DNA of 64,000 nucleotides, taken from the NCBI GenBank assembly GCA_965203805.1, contig OZ241917.1, positions 2,048,001 to 2,112,000 of the forward strand, in the 5' to 3' direction. The position numbers and the translations under genes were made by a program. The DNA is from Candidatus Latescibacterota bacterium. GTDB lineage: Bacteria > Latescibacterota > UBA2968 > GCA-2709665. Shown here piece after piece: positions 20,488 to 30,713 of this stretch (position 1 is the stretch's first letter; every line of letters begins with the position of its first letter). Below the pieces are notes generated by a model, which made no database searches, was not told where the DNA came from, and saw only the letters and a program-made list of their open reading frames with translations.

Positions 20488-21297
20488 TCAATCCCCGACG
20501 GCCGTGCGCATCGTTGGATCCGACGAACTCAGGTAGTGGTCCAACGTATTCCGGGTTGCCGGCCGGGTACGAAAATCGGCAATCCATGGCTCGCGAAACC
20601 AGGCTTGTTTTTCTCGTGGCAGACCGTTCAGTACTTCGGGAGGCACGTTCAGCCGGTGCCAGTGCGTTGCCAGGTGCGAATAGGCGTGCAACACGGCAAT
20701 ACGCGGCGTATCGCGGGTCCACTCGGGGCCGACGTGGCACACGTTCTCGGTGAAAAACACGGCGCTTCCGGCGGGGCAGGCATATCCCATCAGGAACGGG
20801 CTCCGCTTTCCCGGTGCCATGGAAAGGTGATCGGGATGCATGTCAAAATTCGCCTTATGGCTGCCGACGATGAAATGCGTGCCTCCATCTTCCGGCTGCA
20901 CTTCCGTCAGCTCGAAAACCACGCGAACCATCCCCGCGTGAATCCGCCGGTTCTGGCAACGGTATCCGAATATGGGATCGATCTGGCTCGGACCGCCTCC
21001 GTGAAGCCCTCCGCCGTGAGACTCCCCCTTTTTTCTGACTACGCAGTAGCACCCTTCCATCCGGATCTCGGGCCCGATAATTTCGTGCAATACCTCCACG
21101 ACTTTCGGGTGATCGATCAGAACACTGGACGGCCCCCCGGGAACGGTACGGTGCTCGGGCGGCAGCGAGTCCGGATCGTGGACGATGCGATCGATCTGCT
21201 CGACGATGGATGCGATCTCATCCTGATTCAGAATAGCGGGACGCACCAGAAAACCCGTCAGGTCGAACCGAAACTTCTCTTCATCGGTCATTCCCAT
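20488..21297 (-). CDS. PhyH family Fe/2OG enzyme, HxG variant
   Basis: FDLTGFLV, LHGG, DGG..F..GSHKANF and PAGS.VFFTE..CH......R motifs. Confidence 0.85.
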   Translation of the reverse strand: MGMTDEEKFRFDLTGFLVRPAILNQDEIASIVEQIDRIVHDPDSLPPEHRTVPGGPSSVLIDHPKVVEVLHEIIGPEIRMEGCYCVVRKKGESHGGGLHGGGPSQIDPIFGYRCQNRRIHAGMVRVVFELTEVQPEDGGTHFIVGSHKANFDMHPDHLSMAPGKRSPFLMGYACPAGSAVFFTENVCHVGPEWTRDTPRIAVLHAYSHLATHWHRLNVPPEVLNGLPREKQAWFREPWIADFRTRPATRNTLDHYLSSSDPTMRTAVGD

Positions 21298-21490
21298 CTC
21301 GATTCCTCCAAAGCAGAGTTTGCTAATGACAGAAACTACCGCAATATATCCAAACCGCCTTCGCTTGCAAACTCCCTTCAGGGGGTCCTTATACGGGACC
21401 GAAAACAGCTTTCAACCGGGCGCCAGGATATTATCTTGTCTGAGTACAGCACAACCGCAAAGGATGTTGGAAAGCAGGGGAGACGAACGG

Positions 21491-24007
21491 ATGGGCGACG
21501 ACAAACATCAATGGGTACACCCCGCAGGATTCGTGGACGTGGCGACCCTGGAAGCGATCAGGCGAAAAATCCGGACCCATGACTGGGCAAAGAAGGCGCT
21601 GGATGAACTGAGGGAGAGTGTCCAACCCTGGCTGGCGCAGCCGCTCGAACGCATCGAGTCGCTGATGCCGAAACGGAAGATGCAGGTGTACTGGCTGCTG
21701 ATGTGCCCGCGATGTCTCGAGAGAATGAGGTTTTATCCGTTCAACGACCGTGAAGTCACCTGCCTGAATTGCGACGAAACCTATCCGCTGAGCCGGCAGT
21801 CGACGGCGGTGCATCTGACCGGCAAGTATTACGGCACGTTGTACGAAGGCTGGGGCTGCTCCTTCATCCAGGCCATGGCAAACACGGCACAGCAACTTGC
21901 ATTCCTGTACGCTCTGGGCGCGGAACGCAGTTACGCGGAAAAGAGCGCCGGGATCCTGAAACTATTCGCGAAAAATATCCAATCCCTGCCCGTTCAGGGA
22001 AGCGGAACCCAACATGTCATCTGGACCTATAATATGGAAGGCGACTGCGTCATCGTGCTCGCGCTGGCGGAAGCCTACGAACTTCTGAGGTCGTCGGCCG
22101 GCCTGTTCACCGCGCAGGAACACCGTCAGATCCGGGAAGACCTGCTCCGGCACTGGGCCGATGCCGTTTTTCGCGTCGAAACGGACAGCAGCCCGCGCCA
22201 CAACGGCATGTTCGCCTATCTGAGTTCCGTGGCGATGGTGGGCTGCGCTATCGAAAGCACGGATTACGTCGACTGGGCGTTCGGTCATCGAGAATACGCC
22301 ATTGAACGGCGCCCGCACCACCGGGGTATCCGCTGGCTCACCCGGAACAACTATCTGGCAGACGGGGCGTTCTGGGGTCTGTGCAGCGCCTACCACCTGT
22401 ATGCCCTGGGTCCGAACTGCCGTGCGCTCGTTCTCGGTCACAGGCTATCACGCCAGATGCCGGACCTGTTCCCGCCTGACGTCTACGATGAACTGGACCC
22501 GGGCAACGACAGCTACCGATCGGTGCGCGGCGCCATCAAGTGGTTCACCGTCCAGGCATTTCCCGACCTGACTGTTGCACCGACGGGAGACATGGGCGGA
22601 CGCGCCAGTCTAGCCAGCTATCCGCTCACGGCGGAAATCGGATATCGCTACCTGGACATCGAAGAAACGGGTTCGTGCCGCGACCTTCGAGACGGTGACA
22701 GAGGACTGACCGGACTCCTGTTCGGAGCGGACTCCATCGATCAGAAACCCGTACCCTATCGGAGCGCCAACCTTTCCAGCGGGTACGTGGTACTGAAGCG
22801 GGAGGCCGGCGGCAACCGTCTGTATGCCGGTCTGAACGCGCTCCAGCCGGGATCCGGTCACGCGCACGGGGATCGACTGAATCTCATCACCTACTCGCAC
22901 GACCGGATGCTGACCGGCGAGAAGCGCACCCGGTACGAAGACCCCGATCAGCGCATATACAGCGGGGCGTCGTACGCCCACAACACGGTCACCGTCGACG
23001 AAACGTCGCAGGTTCACGGCGACGCGCTAACGGGAGAACAGGTCCCGCACATCCGTTCCTTCGTCGACCTTCCCGCAGGCCAGGTGGCCGAGGCCCACGG
23101 TGACCGGGTGTATGGACAGACGGATATCTACCGCCGCATACTGATCCAGCTGGACGCATACCTGCTGGATATCTTCCGGGTGGCGGGCGGGGGGACACAC
23201 GACTGGTTCTATCACGGCATCGGAGAGGAACCTGAGATCGGTCTGTCGATGAAGGAAGGAAGCGGATTCGAACCGGCCCTCTACGTCATGAGGGGCGAAC
23301 CGCGATACATGGAAGGGTCGGCGGAGGAATCGTTCGCGGCAACCTGGCGCGTGCCGGCCGACCCTGAAACGGGCAACGGCGCTACCAGAATCGACGTGTT
23401 TAACCGGGTGACGGTATCCGGTTCGCCGGGACAGGCTGCCTACCTGCTGAACACCTATCCGGATCCGGGAAGACACAGCCTGATGGTCCGCCATCGAGAG
23501 ACTGCCGCGCCTTTTGTGGCCGTCCACGAGGCCTACGTTGAGAGACCCGTTGCCACGGACGTTCGGATGCTGCCGGGTAATGCGGCCGCGGTGGTCCACG
23601 TCGAACACGCCGACGGCGGAAGCAGGCAGGCGATTTACGAGACCGGATCGGGACCGGGAGGGCTCCGGCTGGACGGGCGTTTCGCATCGATTTGCCGCGA
23701 CGCCGCGGGCCGGGCGTTGAGCATCATCCTTGTGCACGCGACCGAATTCAGTTCCGGCCGAATCCGAATACGGTCGCGCAGACCCGTCACACTCTCGGCC
23801 GCCTTCAAGAACGACTCGATCCAACTGGTGTCCTGTCCGGCCGTGGCCTATGAAACGCTGGAGGGCCGTCCCGTGTACGACACCGGCCACCATGCGGACG
23901 TCTGTATCGAACTCCCGCCGGAGGGGGCGCGAGCGGGGAGAAAGATAGATGCCCGGCTGCCGGCGCAGACCGCGAGTGGGCCGGTCAGCATCGGCGTGTC
24001 GAGATAA
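21491..24007 (+). CDS. Heparinase II/III-like protein
   Basis: HN, GHAHGDRL and AHNTVTVDE motifs; CPRC...CLNC insert. No obvious signal peptide from ATG 21491. Confidence 0.8.
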   Translation: MGDDKHQWVHPAGFVDVATLEAIRRKIRTHDWAKKALDELRESVQPWLAQPLERIESLMPKRKMQVYWLLMCPRCLERMRFYPFNDREVTCLNCDETYPLSRQSTAVHLTGKYYGTLYEGWGCSFIQAMANTAQQLAFLYALGAERSYAEKSAGILKLFAKNIQSLPVQGSGTQHVIWTYNMEGDCVIVLALAEAYELLRSSAGLFTAQEHRQIREDLLRHWADAVFRVETDSSPRHNGMFAYLSSVAMVGCAIESTDYVDWAFGHREYAIERRPHHRGIRWLTRNNYLADGAFWGLCSAYHLYALGPNCRALVLGHRLSRQMPDLFPPDVYDELDPGNDSYRSVRGAIKWFTVQAFPDLTVAPTGDMGGRASLASYPLTAEIGYRYLDIEETGSCRDLRDGDRGLTGLLFGADSIDQKPVPYRSANLSSGYVVLKREAGGNRLYAGLNALQPGSGHAHGDRLNLITYSHDRMLTGEKRTRYEDPDQRIYSGASYAHNTVTVDETSQVHGDALTGEQVPHIRSFVDLPAGQVAEAHGDRVYGQTDIYRRILIQLDAYLLDIFRVAGGGTHDWFYHGIGEEPEIGLSMKEGSGFEPALYVMRGEPRYMEGSAEESFAATWRVPADPETGNGATRIDVFNRVTVSGSPGQAAYLLNTYPDPGRHSLMVRHRETAAPFVAVHEAYVERPVATDVRMLPGNAAAVVHVEHADGGSRQAIYETGSGPGGLRLDGRFASICRDAAGRALSIILVHATEFSSGRIRIRSRRPVTLSAAFKNDSIQLVSCPAVAYETLEGRPVYDTGHHADVCIELPPEGARAGRKIDARLPAQTASGPVSIGVSR

Positions 24008-24077
24008 CGCCGGTCCGGCAGGCTCAGAATCCTCGTCAGGTGTCCGTTCAGGCGACGTCCGGCTTCGCCTGGCGCGT

Positions 24078-25046
24078 TCACTTCCGACTGCCGCTGGCGT
24101 CCTGAATTTTCGGACTGCCCGGACCCACGGTATTTCGAACCGCGAAACAGTCTTCGCGTGACAGGCGCTTCCCCGCCGCCCCCACGGCCTCGGCGATCTG
24201 GTCGGGCGTCTTGATCCCGCAGACGGCCACGTGAATCGCCGGATGCATCAGCGTGGCGGACAGCGCCAACTGGTAGATGGTGAGGTTGTTGCGCTCCGCG
24301 ATCGGTTTCAGGCTTTGCACCTTCGCGCATAACTCCCTGAACCGGTCTCCCTGGAAATCAGGATGATTCATCCTGAAATCGTCAAACGTCTCGTCTCCAG
24401 AGTACTTTCCGCTGAGCAGTCCCTTGTGCATGGGTGAATAGATCATCACCCCGATATTTTCCGATTGGCAAAAGGGTAACAGGTCGTTCTCCCCGGCAGG
24501 TTCTATCAGGCTGTACGGAGGCTGAACAACGTCGTACGCGCCGAAGCGGCGCTGGGCCCGACACTGCTCGACGGAATGGTTGCTCACCCCGTATGACCGG
24601 ATCTTTCCCTGATCGCGAAGTCTCTCCAGGGTTCCCGCGATATCGGCGAGCGGCGTCATCGGATCGTACATGTGAAGCAGATAGAGATCGATAGTCTCGA
24701 TTCCCATCCGTCCAAGCGAAACGTCGCAGCGCGCCCTGATGTGTTCGGGTGAAAGATCCGGATACCGGGAACCGTCCGGTTTGAAGTGGTTGAACACTTT
24801 GGTGGCCAGCACGAGTTCGTCCCTCGGCAGATCACTCACGACCTCGCCCAGCACGGTCTCGGCATACCCATCGCCGTAGGCCTCCGCCGTATCGAAAAAG
24901 TTGATTCCGCGATCGAACGCGAACTTCATCGCGGCCATCGCGTCGTCCTTCGACTGCGGCCCCCAGAACCGGGGACTGAGTTGCCACGTGCCGACGGCGA
25001 TCGGGGATACCGAAAGGCCGCTTTCGCCAAGCACGACACGGTCCAT
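24078..25046 (-). CDS. Aldo/keto reductase
   Basis: GINFFDTAEAYG.G.AE, LATK, IDLYLLH, GKIR.YGVSN and YSP..KGLLSGKY motifs. Confidence 0.95.
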   Translation of the reverse strand: MDRVVLGESGLSVSPIAVGTWQLSPRFWGPQSKDDAMAAMKFAFDRGINFFDTAEAYGDGYAETVLGEVVSDLPRDELVLATKVFNHFKPDGSRYPDLSPEHIRARCDVSLGRMGIETIDLYLLHMYDPMTPLADIAGTLERLRDQGKIRSYGVSNHSVEQCRAQRRFGAYDVVQPPYSLIEPAGENDLLPFCQSENIGVMIYSPMHKGLLSGKYSGDETFDDFRMNHPDFQGDRFRELCAKVQSLKPIAERNNLTIYQLALSATLMHPAIHVAVCGIKTPDQIAEAVGAAGKRLSREDCFAVRNTVGPGSPKIQDASGSRK

Positions 25047-25117
25047 TGTCGTTCCTCCCATCATCGACCGATGTTCTGATTCTCTCTCGTCAAACCCGTA
25101 CAGTGCGGGCACCATCG

Positions 25118-26200
25118 CTAATCGGCTGCGCGGACGCCTGCTTCTTCCATCGTACCGAGGCCCAGCCCCCTCAGGTCAGCCACCGTGTCCGTTTCCTCCG
25201 CCTCGTACAGTTTCCAGATCACCTTAAGCCCTTCGAGGCTGGATACAGGGTCGGTCAACGGCTTCCGACCGGTCTCGATACAATCAATAAAGTGCGCCAT
25301 CTCCACTTCCGTCGGTTTGGCGTGTTTTTCTTCCATCAACACGATCTCGCGCTGACCGGGGTCGTGCTCGCCGGGCACGTGTTTCTCGACATCGCCCAGG
25401 TACACAACACGACCCGTGCGCAGATGCAGTTCCACCATGCCCTTCTCGCAGTGCGCGTGAAAGGAATATCCGAGCCGGGTGCCGCGGGCCCCCCAGGTGC
25501 CGAAGTGATATCCAAGGATGCCGCCCTCGAATTCTATGCTGACGTTACTGGTTCCCTCTCTCTCCATCCACGGCGTTCCTCGATTGGTACCCAGGTGCAC
25601 ACCCTTGACCGGCCTGCCAAGCATCCACAACAGCAGATCGATATAGTGGCAGCCGTGGCTGAAGAATTGCCCGCCGCCAAGCGTACCCGCCCTGCAGTGC
25701 CAGCTCTCGGGCTCGCGCCGGGTGTGTTGTTCGGTCCAGATCGATATCTGAAACACGTCGCCGAACGTCTTGTTGTCCACCACTTCCTTGAATTTCAGAA
25801 CCAGCGGATGAAACCGCATACAGTACGCAACCATCAGGACACGGTCGTTCCTTTGCGCGGCTTCAATCATCTCCAGGCATTCCCGTTCGCTGTTGGCCAT
25901 CGGCTTTTCCACCAGCACGTGTTTGCCCGCATCCAGGCAGCGAACCGTTACCGGATGGTGAAGATGGTGCGGCAGCACCACAAGGACGGCGTCTACGTGG
26001 TCCAGAACTTCCTCGAAATCGGCGGCAACCACCGGGTCATTCGGAAAGTGTTCGGCCACCGCGCGGGCCCGCTCGAGGTCTATATCCACCACCGCCGTAA
26101 TCTCGACCCTGTGGAGCACCTCGCTCATGCGGCTGGCGTGGGACCGGGCCATGCCGCCGCACCCTATGATTCCAACTCTTGTTCTCGCTGCCATTTCCAT
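25118..26200 (-). CDS. Gfo/Idh/MocA family oxidoreductase
   Basis: GIIGCGG, GKHVLVEKP and GGG....HGCHYID motifs. Confidence 0.95.
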   Translation of the reverse strand: MEMAARTRVGIIGCGGMARSHASRMSEVLHRVEITAVVDIDLERARAVAEHFPNDPVVAADFEEVLDHVDAVLVVLPHHLHHPVTVRCLDAGKHVLVEKPMANSERECLEMIEAAQRNDRVLMVAYCMRFHPLVLKFKEVVDNKTFGDVFQISIWTEQHTRREPESWHCRAGTLGGGQFFSHGCHYIDLLLWMLGRPVKGVHLGTNRGTPWMEREGTSNVSIEFEGGILGYHFGTWGARGTRLGYSFHAHCEKGMVELHLRTGRVVYLGDVEKHVPGEHDPGQREIVLMEEKHAKPTEVEMAHFIDCIETGRKPLTDPVSSLEGLKVIWKLYEAEETDTVADLRGLGLGTMEEAGVRAAD

Positions 26201-26225
26201 TGCCTCCGTTTTTTCCCGTTCAAAT

Positions 26226-27263
26226 TCAGATCCCGTCGCCGTCTTCCCAAGCAAATATCACTTTACCCGTCTCCCCGCGATCGAAAACTGCGAATGCCTC
26301 ACTTGCATGTTCTATATGAAAGCGATGGGTCACGATTTCGTCCAGAGGCACCCGGTGCGCCTGCAGAAAAGCGACGGCATCGTAATAGGCCCCCATCGAA
26401 TACACGGAATTGCCCCTGAGCGTCAGTTCCTTTCCAAGGATATCCGCAAAGTCGATCTCGAGAGACGCGGCGCCCGCGCCCACGTAGACCACCGACCCGT
26501 GCAACCCCGCGACCGCCGCCGCCTGGGTCCGCGCAGCGCCGCTTCCCGAGCACTCCACAACGCCGGCCGCTCCGCGTCCGCCTGTCATCGCCTCAATCGT
26601 TTCAACCGGGTCGTTCTCCTTCGCGTTGATGACAACCCCGCTTCCGATGCGGCGTGCGAGATCAACCCTGTAGGGGCTGATATCCACGCCGAACGTCCTG
26701 TATCCCATCGCCTCACCCATCAAAAGCGTCGTCAATCCCACCGGACCCAGTCCAAACACCGCGAGTGGATCGCCATGACGTTTCGAGACCTTGTTCACGG
26801 CGGAAAAGGCCGTCCCCGCGGTACACGCCAGTTGCGTCCCGACTGCAAATGAGACGTTGTCCGGCAGCGGCATGCAGTACCGTGCGTCGGTGAGCATGTA
26901 ATCCGCGTGGGATCCGTCACGGGTCCTGCCGAACGCGCCCTGGTTCGAACAGAATACCGGCGTTCCCGAGACACAGACCGCACAATGACCGCACCCGACC
27001 GTGTGATAGACACAGACCCTGTCGCCCTCGGACACGTTCTCCACGTCCCTGCCGACATCGGCCACAACGCCCGCCGGTTCGTGTCCGGAAATCATGCCGT
27101 TCCGTTCTCTCGCCCACTCCCGGCTGCTATGGTATTTGTGCAGATCGCTCCCACACAGTCCGGCGACCCTCATTTCGATGACCACCTGTCCCGGCCCCGG
27201 TACCGGGCAATCGAAATCCCTGACTTCCACCTCGCTGTCGCCGAGGTAGACAACGCCCCTCAT
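26226..27263 (-). CDS. Zinc-dependent alcohol dehydrogenase (MDR family)
   Basis: GLCGSDLH, GHE, CGHC..C.......C and G.GPVG motifs. Confidence 0.95.
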   Translation of the reverse strand: MRGVVYLGDSEVEVRDFDCPVPGPGQVVIEMRVAGLCGSDLHKYHSSREWARERNGMISGHEPAGVVADVGRDVENVSEGDRVCVYHTVGCGHCAVCVSGTPVFCSNQGAFGRTRDGSHADYMLTDARYCMPLPDNVSFAVGTQLACTAGTAFSAVNKVSKRHGDPLAVFGLGPVGLTTLLMGEAMGYRTFGVDISPYRVDLARRIGSGVVINAKENDPVETIEAMTGGRGAAGVVECSGSGAARTQAAAVAGLHGSVVYVGAGAASLEIDFADILGKELTLRGNSVYSMGAYYDAVAFLQAHRVPLDEIVTHRFHIEHASEAFAVFDRGETGKVIFAWEDGDGI

Positions 27264-27536
27264 ACCCTCATCTCCCGAGAATTGAATTCCCCGGTTTGAT
27301 TGCCTATCTTTGTACCCCGTCGTCCGGGGTCATATCCGAACCGCCACTTCCGATTTCGGCCGCCATACATTGCATCGCCTTCCTCGCAGAAACGGGACCG
27401 GGGATTGAAGCGGGACCCCCGCCACAGCAGCGTAGCTATGATACTGCGAACCCCGATCGTTCGCAAGGAGACATTGCAAGGGAATACGCGCAGGGCGAAC
27501 GAGGAAGTCGGATCCTTTCCAACCCCATCGGGACAC

Positions 27537-28703
27537 ATGACGCAACCAATCCCTCTGGCAGCCACCCTCTCAAACGTCGCGCCATCGCGCATACGGGAAC
27601 TGGCCGACGTCGCTTTCGGCATGGAAGGCGTCTACAAACTGCATTTCGGCGAATCCGACATGCCCACGCCCCGCTACATCAAGGACGCGGCAGTTCAGGC
27701 TCTGGACGAAGGATATACGTTCTACACCGAAAACGCCGGCCTGCCCGGCCTCCGGGAAGCCCTGGCCGCGAGATATGCCGACGTTCACGGCGTATCCCTC
27801 GCCCCGGGCGAAATCCTCATTACCGCTTCGGGCGTCCAGGCCCTCAACGTTTCGATCCGCTGCGTGATCGATCCCGGTGACGAAGCCATCGTTCTCACGC
27901 CGAATTGGCCCAACGCGGCGGCTATTGTCAACCTCTTCGGCGGCAACTCGGTTGAGATTCCGTTTGTCAGGGCGAGGGATCGATACAGGATCGACTTCAA
28001 CGCCCTGGAATCCGCGCGGAACGGGAAAACAAAGCTGCTCGCTTATACGTCGCCGTCCAACCCGCTTGGCTGGGTCGCCTCGACAGACGAACAGCGGAAG
28101 CTTCTGGACTTCTGCCGCCGCAACGACCTCTGGCTCCTCGCAGACGAAGTTTACGAGCATATATGCTACAGCGGATCCGTCGCGCCTTCCATTCTGCGGT
28201 TGTGCGACCGAAACGACGCCGTAATCGTCGCCCAGTCCTTCTCAAAGACCTATCGAATGACCGGATGGCGTCTGGGCTGGGTGGTCTCGCGCCAGGACCT
28301 GGTTGTCAGGGCTGCTCAGCTCAATGAATTTATCGTATCGCACGCCCCCGCGATGGTTCAGCGAGCCGGTGAGATTGCACTTCGCCATGGGGATTCGAAT
28401 CTACACGGGATGGTCGAAACCTGTCGCGAGAGGATCTCTTTTTGTTACGATGCCCTGAATTCGACAAACGGCGTGTCGATCAGACGTCCGGGGGGAGCCT
28501 TTTATCTTTTTCCCCGCATTGAAGGCGTCAGCGATTCGTTCGCTTTCGCGCTTGAACTGCTCAACCGGCGAAGCGTTTCGGTGGCCCCGGGCGTCGCTTT
28601 CGGCGCGGGCGGCGAAGGATCGGTACGGCTTTGTTGCGCGTCAGACCTCTCTGTACTGGAGCCCGCCATGGAACGCTTCTGTCGATTTGTAGAACAACGA
28701 TGA
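27537..28703 (+). CDS. PLP-dependent aminotransferase class I/II
   Basis: SPSNPLG, DEVY, SFSKTYRMTGWRLG, P.GAFY and VAPG.AFG motifs. Confidence 0.95.
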   Translation: MTQPIPLAATLSNVAPSRIRELADVAFGMEGVYKLHFGESDMPTPRYIKDAAVQALDEGYTFYTENAGLPGLREALAARYADVHGVSLAPGEILITASGVQALNVSIRCVIDPGDEAIVLTPNWPNAAAIVNLFGGNSVEIPFVRARDRYRIDFNALESARNGKTKLLAYTSPSNPLGWVASTDEQRKLLDFCRRNDLWLLADEVYEHICYSGSVAPSILRLCDRNDAVIVAQSFSKTYRMTGWRLGWVVSRQDLVVRAAQLNEFIVSHAPAMVQRAGEIALRHGDSNLHGMVETCRERISFCYDALNSTNGVSIRRPGGAFYLFPRIEGVSDSFAFALELLNRRSVSVAPGVAFGAGGEGSVRLCCASDLSVLEPAMERFCRFVEQR

Positions 28704-28826
28704 CAAAACGGTACTCTGATAGCGGGCGTCAGGGGCTGTTGAAGGATGTTGCCTGCGTATCAAACGACGAGCGGGGGTTCCATCGGATCGGAACGCAGTG
28801 AAACACGCAAAGAACAGGAGAATCCC

Positions 28827-30557
28827 ATGCCGGAAACGGTGCTGTCCGAACCACGACATACAGTGTGCGTAGAACGCAATATCCCTGTGAAGATGCGAGA
28901 CGGCGTTGTCCTTCGAGCCGACGTCTACCGCCCTGAAGCCGAGGGCCGGTATCCAGTCATCCTGGAACGGGTTGCCTACGAACTGGTCGGCCGGTGCACG
29001 TCGAACGGCGAGTTCTTCGCGAGCCGCGGATATGTCTTTGTGGGACAGAACGTACGGGGCACCTTCGCGTCGGAGGGGGACTGGAGACCCTTCCGGGACG
29101 ACGGCTGGGGCGCCAACCGCGACGGATACGATACCATCGAATGGGCGGGCGTCCAGCCCTGGTCCAACGGCAACGTGGGGATGGCCGACGGTTCCTACTC
29201 CGGATTCTCACAGTACATGGTTGCCCCGACCCGGCCGCCGCACCTTAAAGCGCTTTACGTGCGGCAGGGCGGCCCTGACTATTACAGCGGCTTCTGGTAC
29301 CGTTACGGCGCCTACTCGCTGCCTTTCCAGAAATGGGCGATGCAGACCCTTCTGGCGCAGTTGGAACATGAAAGCGCGCCGCCGGGTCTGGAGGCCCAAA
29401 CGGCGCGCCTTGCAGCTGCTTACGACGAATACGAAGACTGGGAGCGGCACCTCCCGCTCAAGTCCTTTCCGCCGTTGGACGGACTTCTGGACTGGTACTT
29501 CGAAGACCTGCGCCACCCCGAGGACGGCCCCTACTGGTGGCCCACCAACATCACGTCGAAATTCGGCGATATCGAAACACCCATGCTTCACTTCGGCGCC
29601 TGGTTCGACGTCTTCCTGGACGGAACGCTGCAATGCTTCCAGGGCATTCGAAAAAACGGGCGTACGCGGGCCTGCCGGGAAGGGCAGCGCCTGCTCATCG
29701 GACCCTGGATCCACGGTCCGGGAAACGCCGCCAAACGCGTCGTCGGCGAACTGGACTTCGGACCGGAGGCGGCGTTCGACATGAACGCGCACCGTCTGCA
29801 ATGGTACGATTACTGGCTGAAGGGAATGGACAACGGAACGATGGACGGCCCGCCGGTACGCATCTTCCTGATGGGAAAGAACGAGTGGATGGGCCTGGAC
29901 GACTGGCCGCCGCCCGGCGTCACGTACCGGTCTGCATTCTTCAGGGAGGGTCCCGGGAAGAATGAGAACTCGCTCAACAACGGCGGCCTGGCTTTCGACG
30001 CTCCGGAGACCGCCGAACATCCGGACAGCTTTTCGTACGATCCGAACGACCCCATGCCCGGGCTGCGTTTCTATCCCACGCTGGGGCCGGTGGACCATCG
30101 GGGACTCGAAAGCCGCATGCTTACCTATACGTCTGCCGTGCTGAAGCGCGACCTGACCGTCATCGGGCCCGTCAGGGCAATCGTACACGGCCTGTCGTCG
30201 GCCCCGGATACGGACTGGGTGGTCAGACTTTGCGACGTCTGGCCGGATGGCCGGTCCATGCCCGTCTGCGACGGAATCCTGAGGGCGCGATTCCGCAATT
30301 CGCTGCATCGCCCCGAACTCCTGACGCCGGGCAGGATCTACCGGTTCGAAGTCGACATGTCCGCCACGGCGCAGGTGTTCCAGTCCGGGCACCGCCTGCG
30401 GGTGGAAATCACAAGCAGCGATTTCCCCCGGTACGATCGAAACCTGAACACGGGCGGTCCATTCGGCGAAGAAGCCACCGGACAGGTCGCCGTCAATACG
30501 GTCTTTCACGACGCAGACCGACCGTCATACGTCGTCCTGCCCGTTGTGGAAGACTGA
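28827..30557 (+). CDS. CocE/NonD family hydrolase (S15)
   Basis: MRDGV.L.AD.YRP, DG.D.IEW...QPWSNG.VG, GSYSG nucleophile elbow, GPW.H and SSDFPRYDRNLNTG motifs. Confidence 0.95.
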   Translation: MPETVLSEPRHTVCVERNIPVKMRDGVVLRADVYRPEAEGRYPVILERVAYELVGRCTSNGEFFASRGYVFVGQNVRGTFASEGDWRPFRDDGWGANRDGYDTIEWAGVQPWSNGNVGMADGSYSGFSQYMVAPTRPPHLKALYVRQGGPDYYSGFWYRYGAYSLPFQKWAMQTLLAQLEHESAPPGLEAQTARLAAAYDEYEDWERHLPLKSFPPLDGLLDWYFEDLRHPEDGPYWWPTNITSKFGDIETPMLHFGAWFDVFLDGTLQCFQGIRKNGRTRACREGQRLLIGPWIHGPGNAAKRVVGELDFGPEAAFDMNAHRLQWYDYWLKGMDNGTMDGPPVRIFLMGKNEWMGLDDWPPPGVTYRSAFFREGPGKNENSLNNGGLAFDAPETAEHPDSFSYDPNDPMPGLRFYPTLGPVDHRGLESRMLTYTSAVLKRDLTVIGPVRAIVHGLSSAPDTDWVVRLCDVWPDGRSMPVCDGILRARFRNSLHRPELLTPGRIYRFEVDMSATAQVFQSGHRLRVEITSSDFPRYDRNLNTGGPFGEEATGQVAVNTVFHDADRPSYVVLPVVED

Positions 30558-30713
30558 CAGGTCGATTCCGGAACCGGGCCGGTGAACGCGGCAGTCACCG
30601 GCACGACAAACCATCAGAAAATCGCCCTGTCCGGGTACGCTGTATTCCATCGAAACAGCCTCCGGGCAGGGCCCGCACAACCAACCGAAATTCAGGCACA
30701 AACCGCCGGCGGT

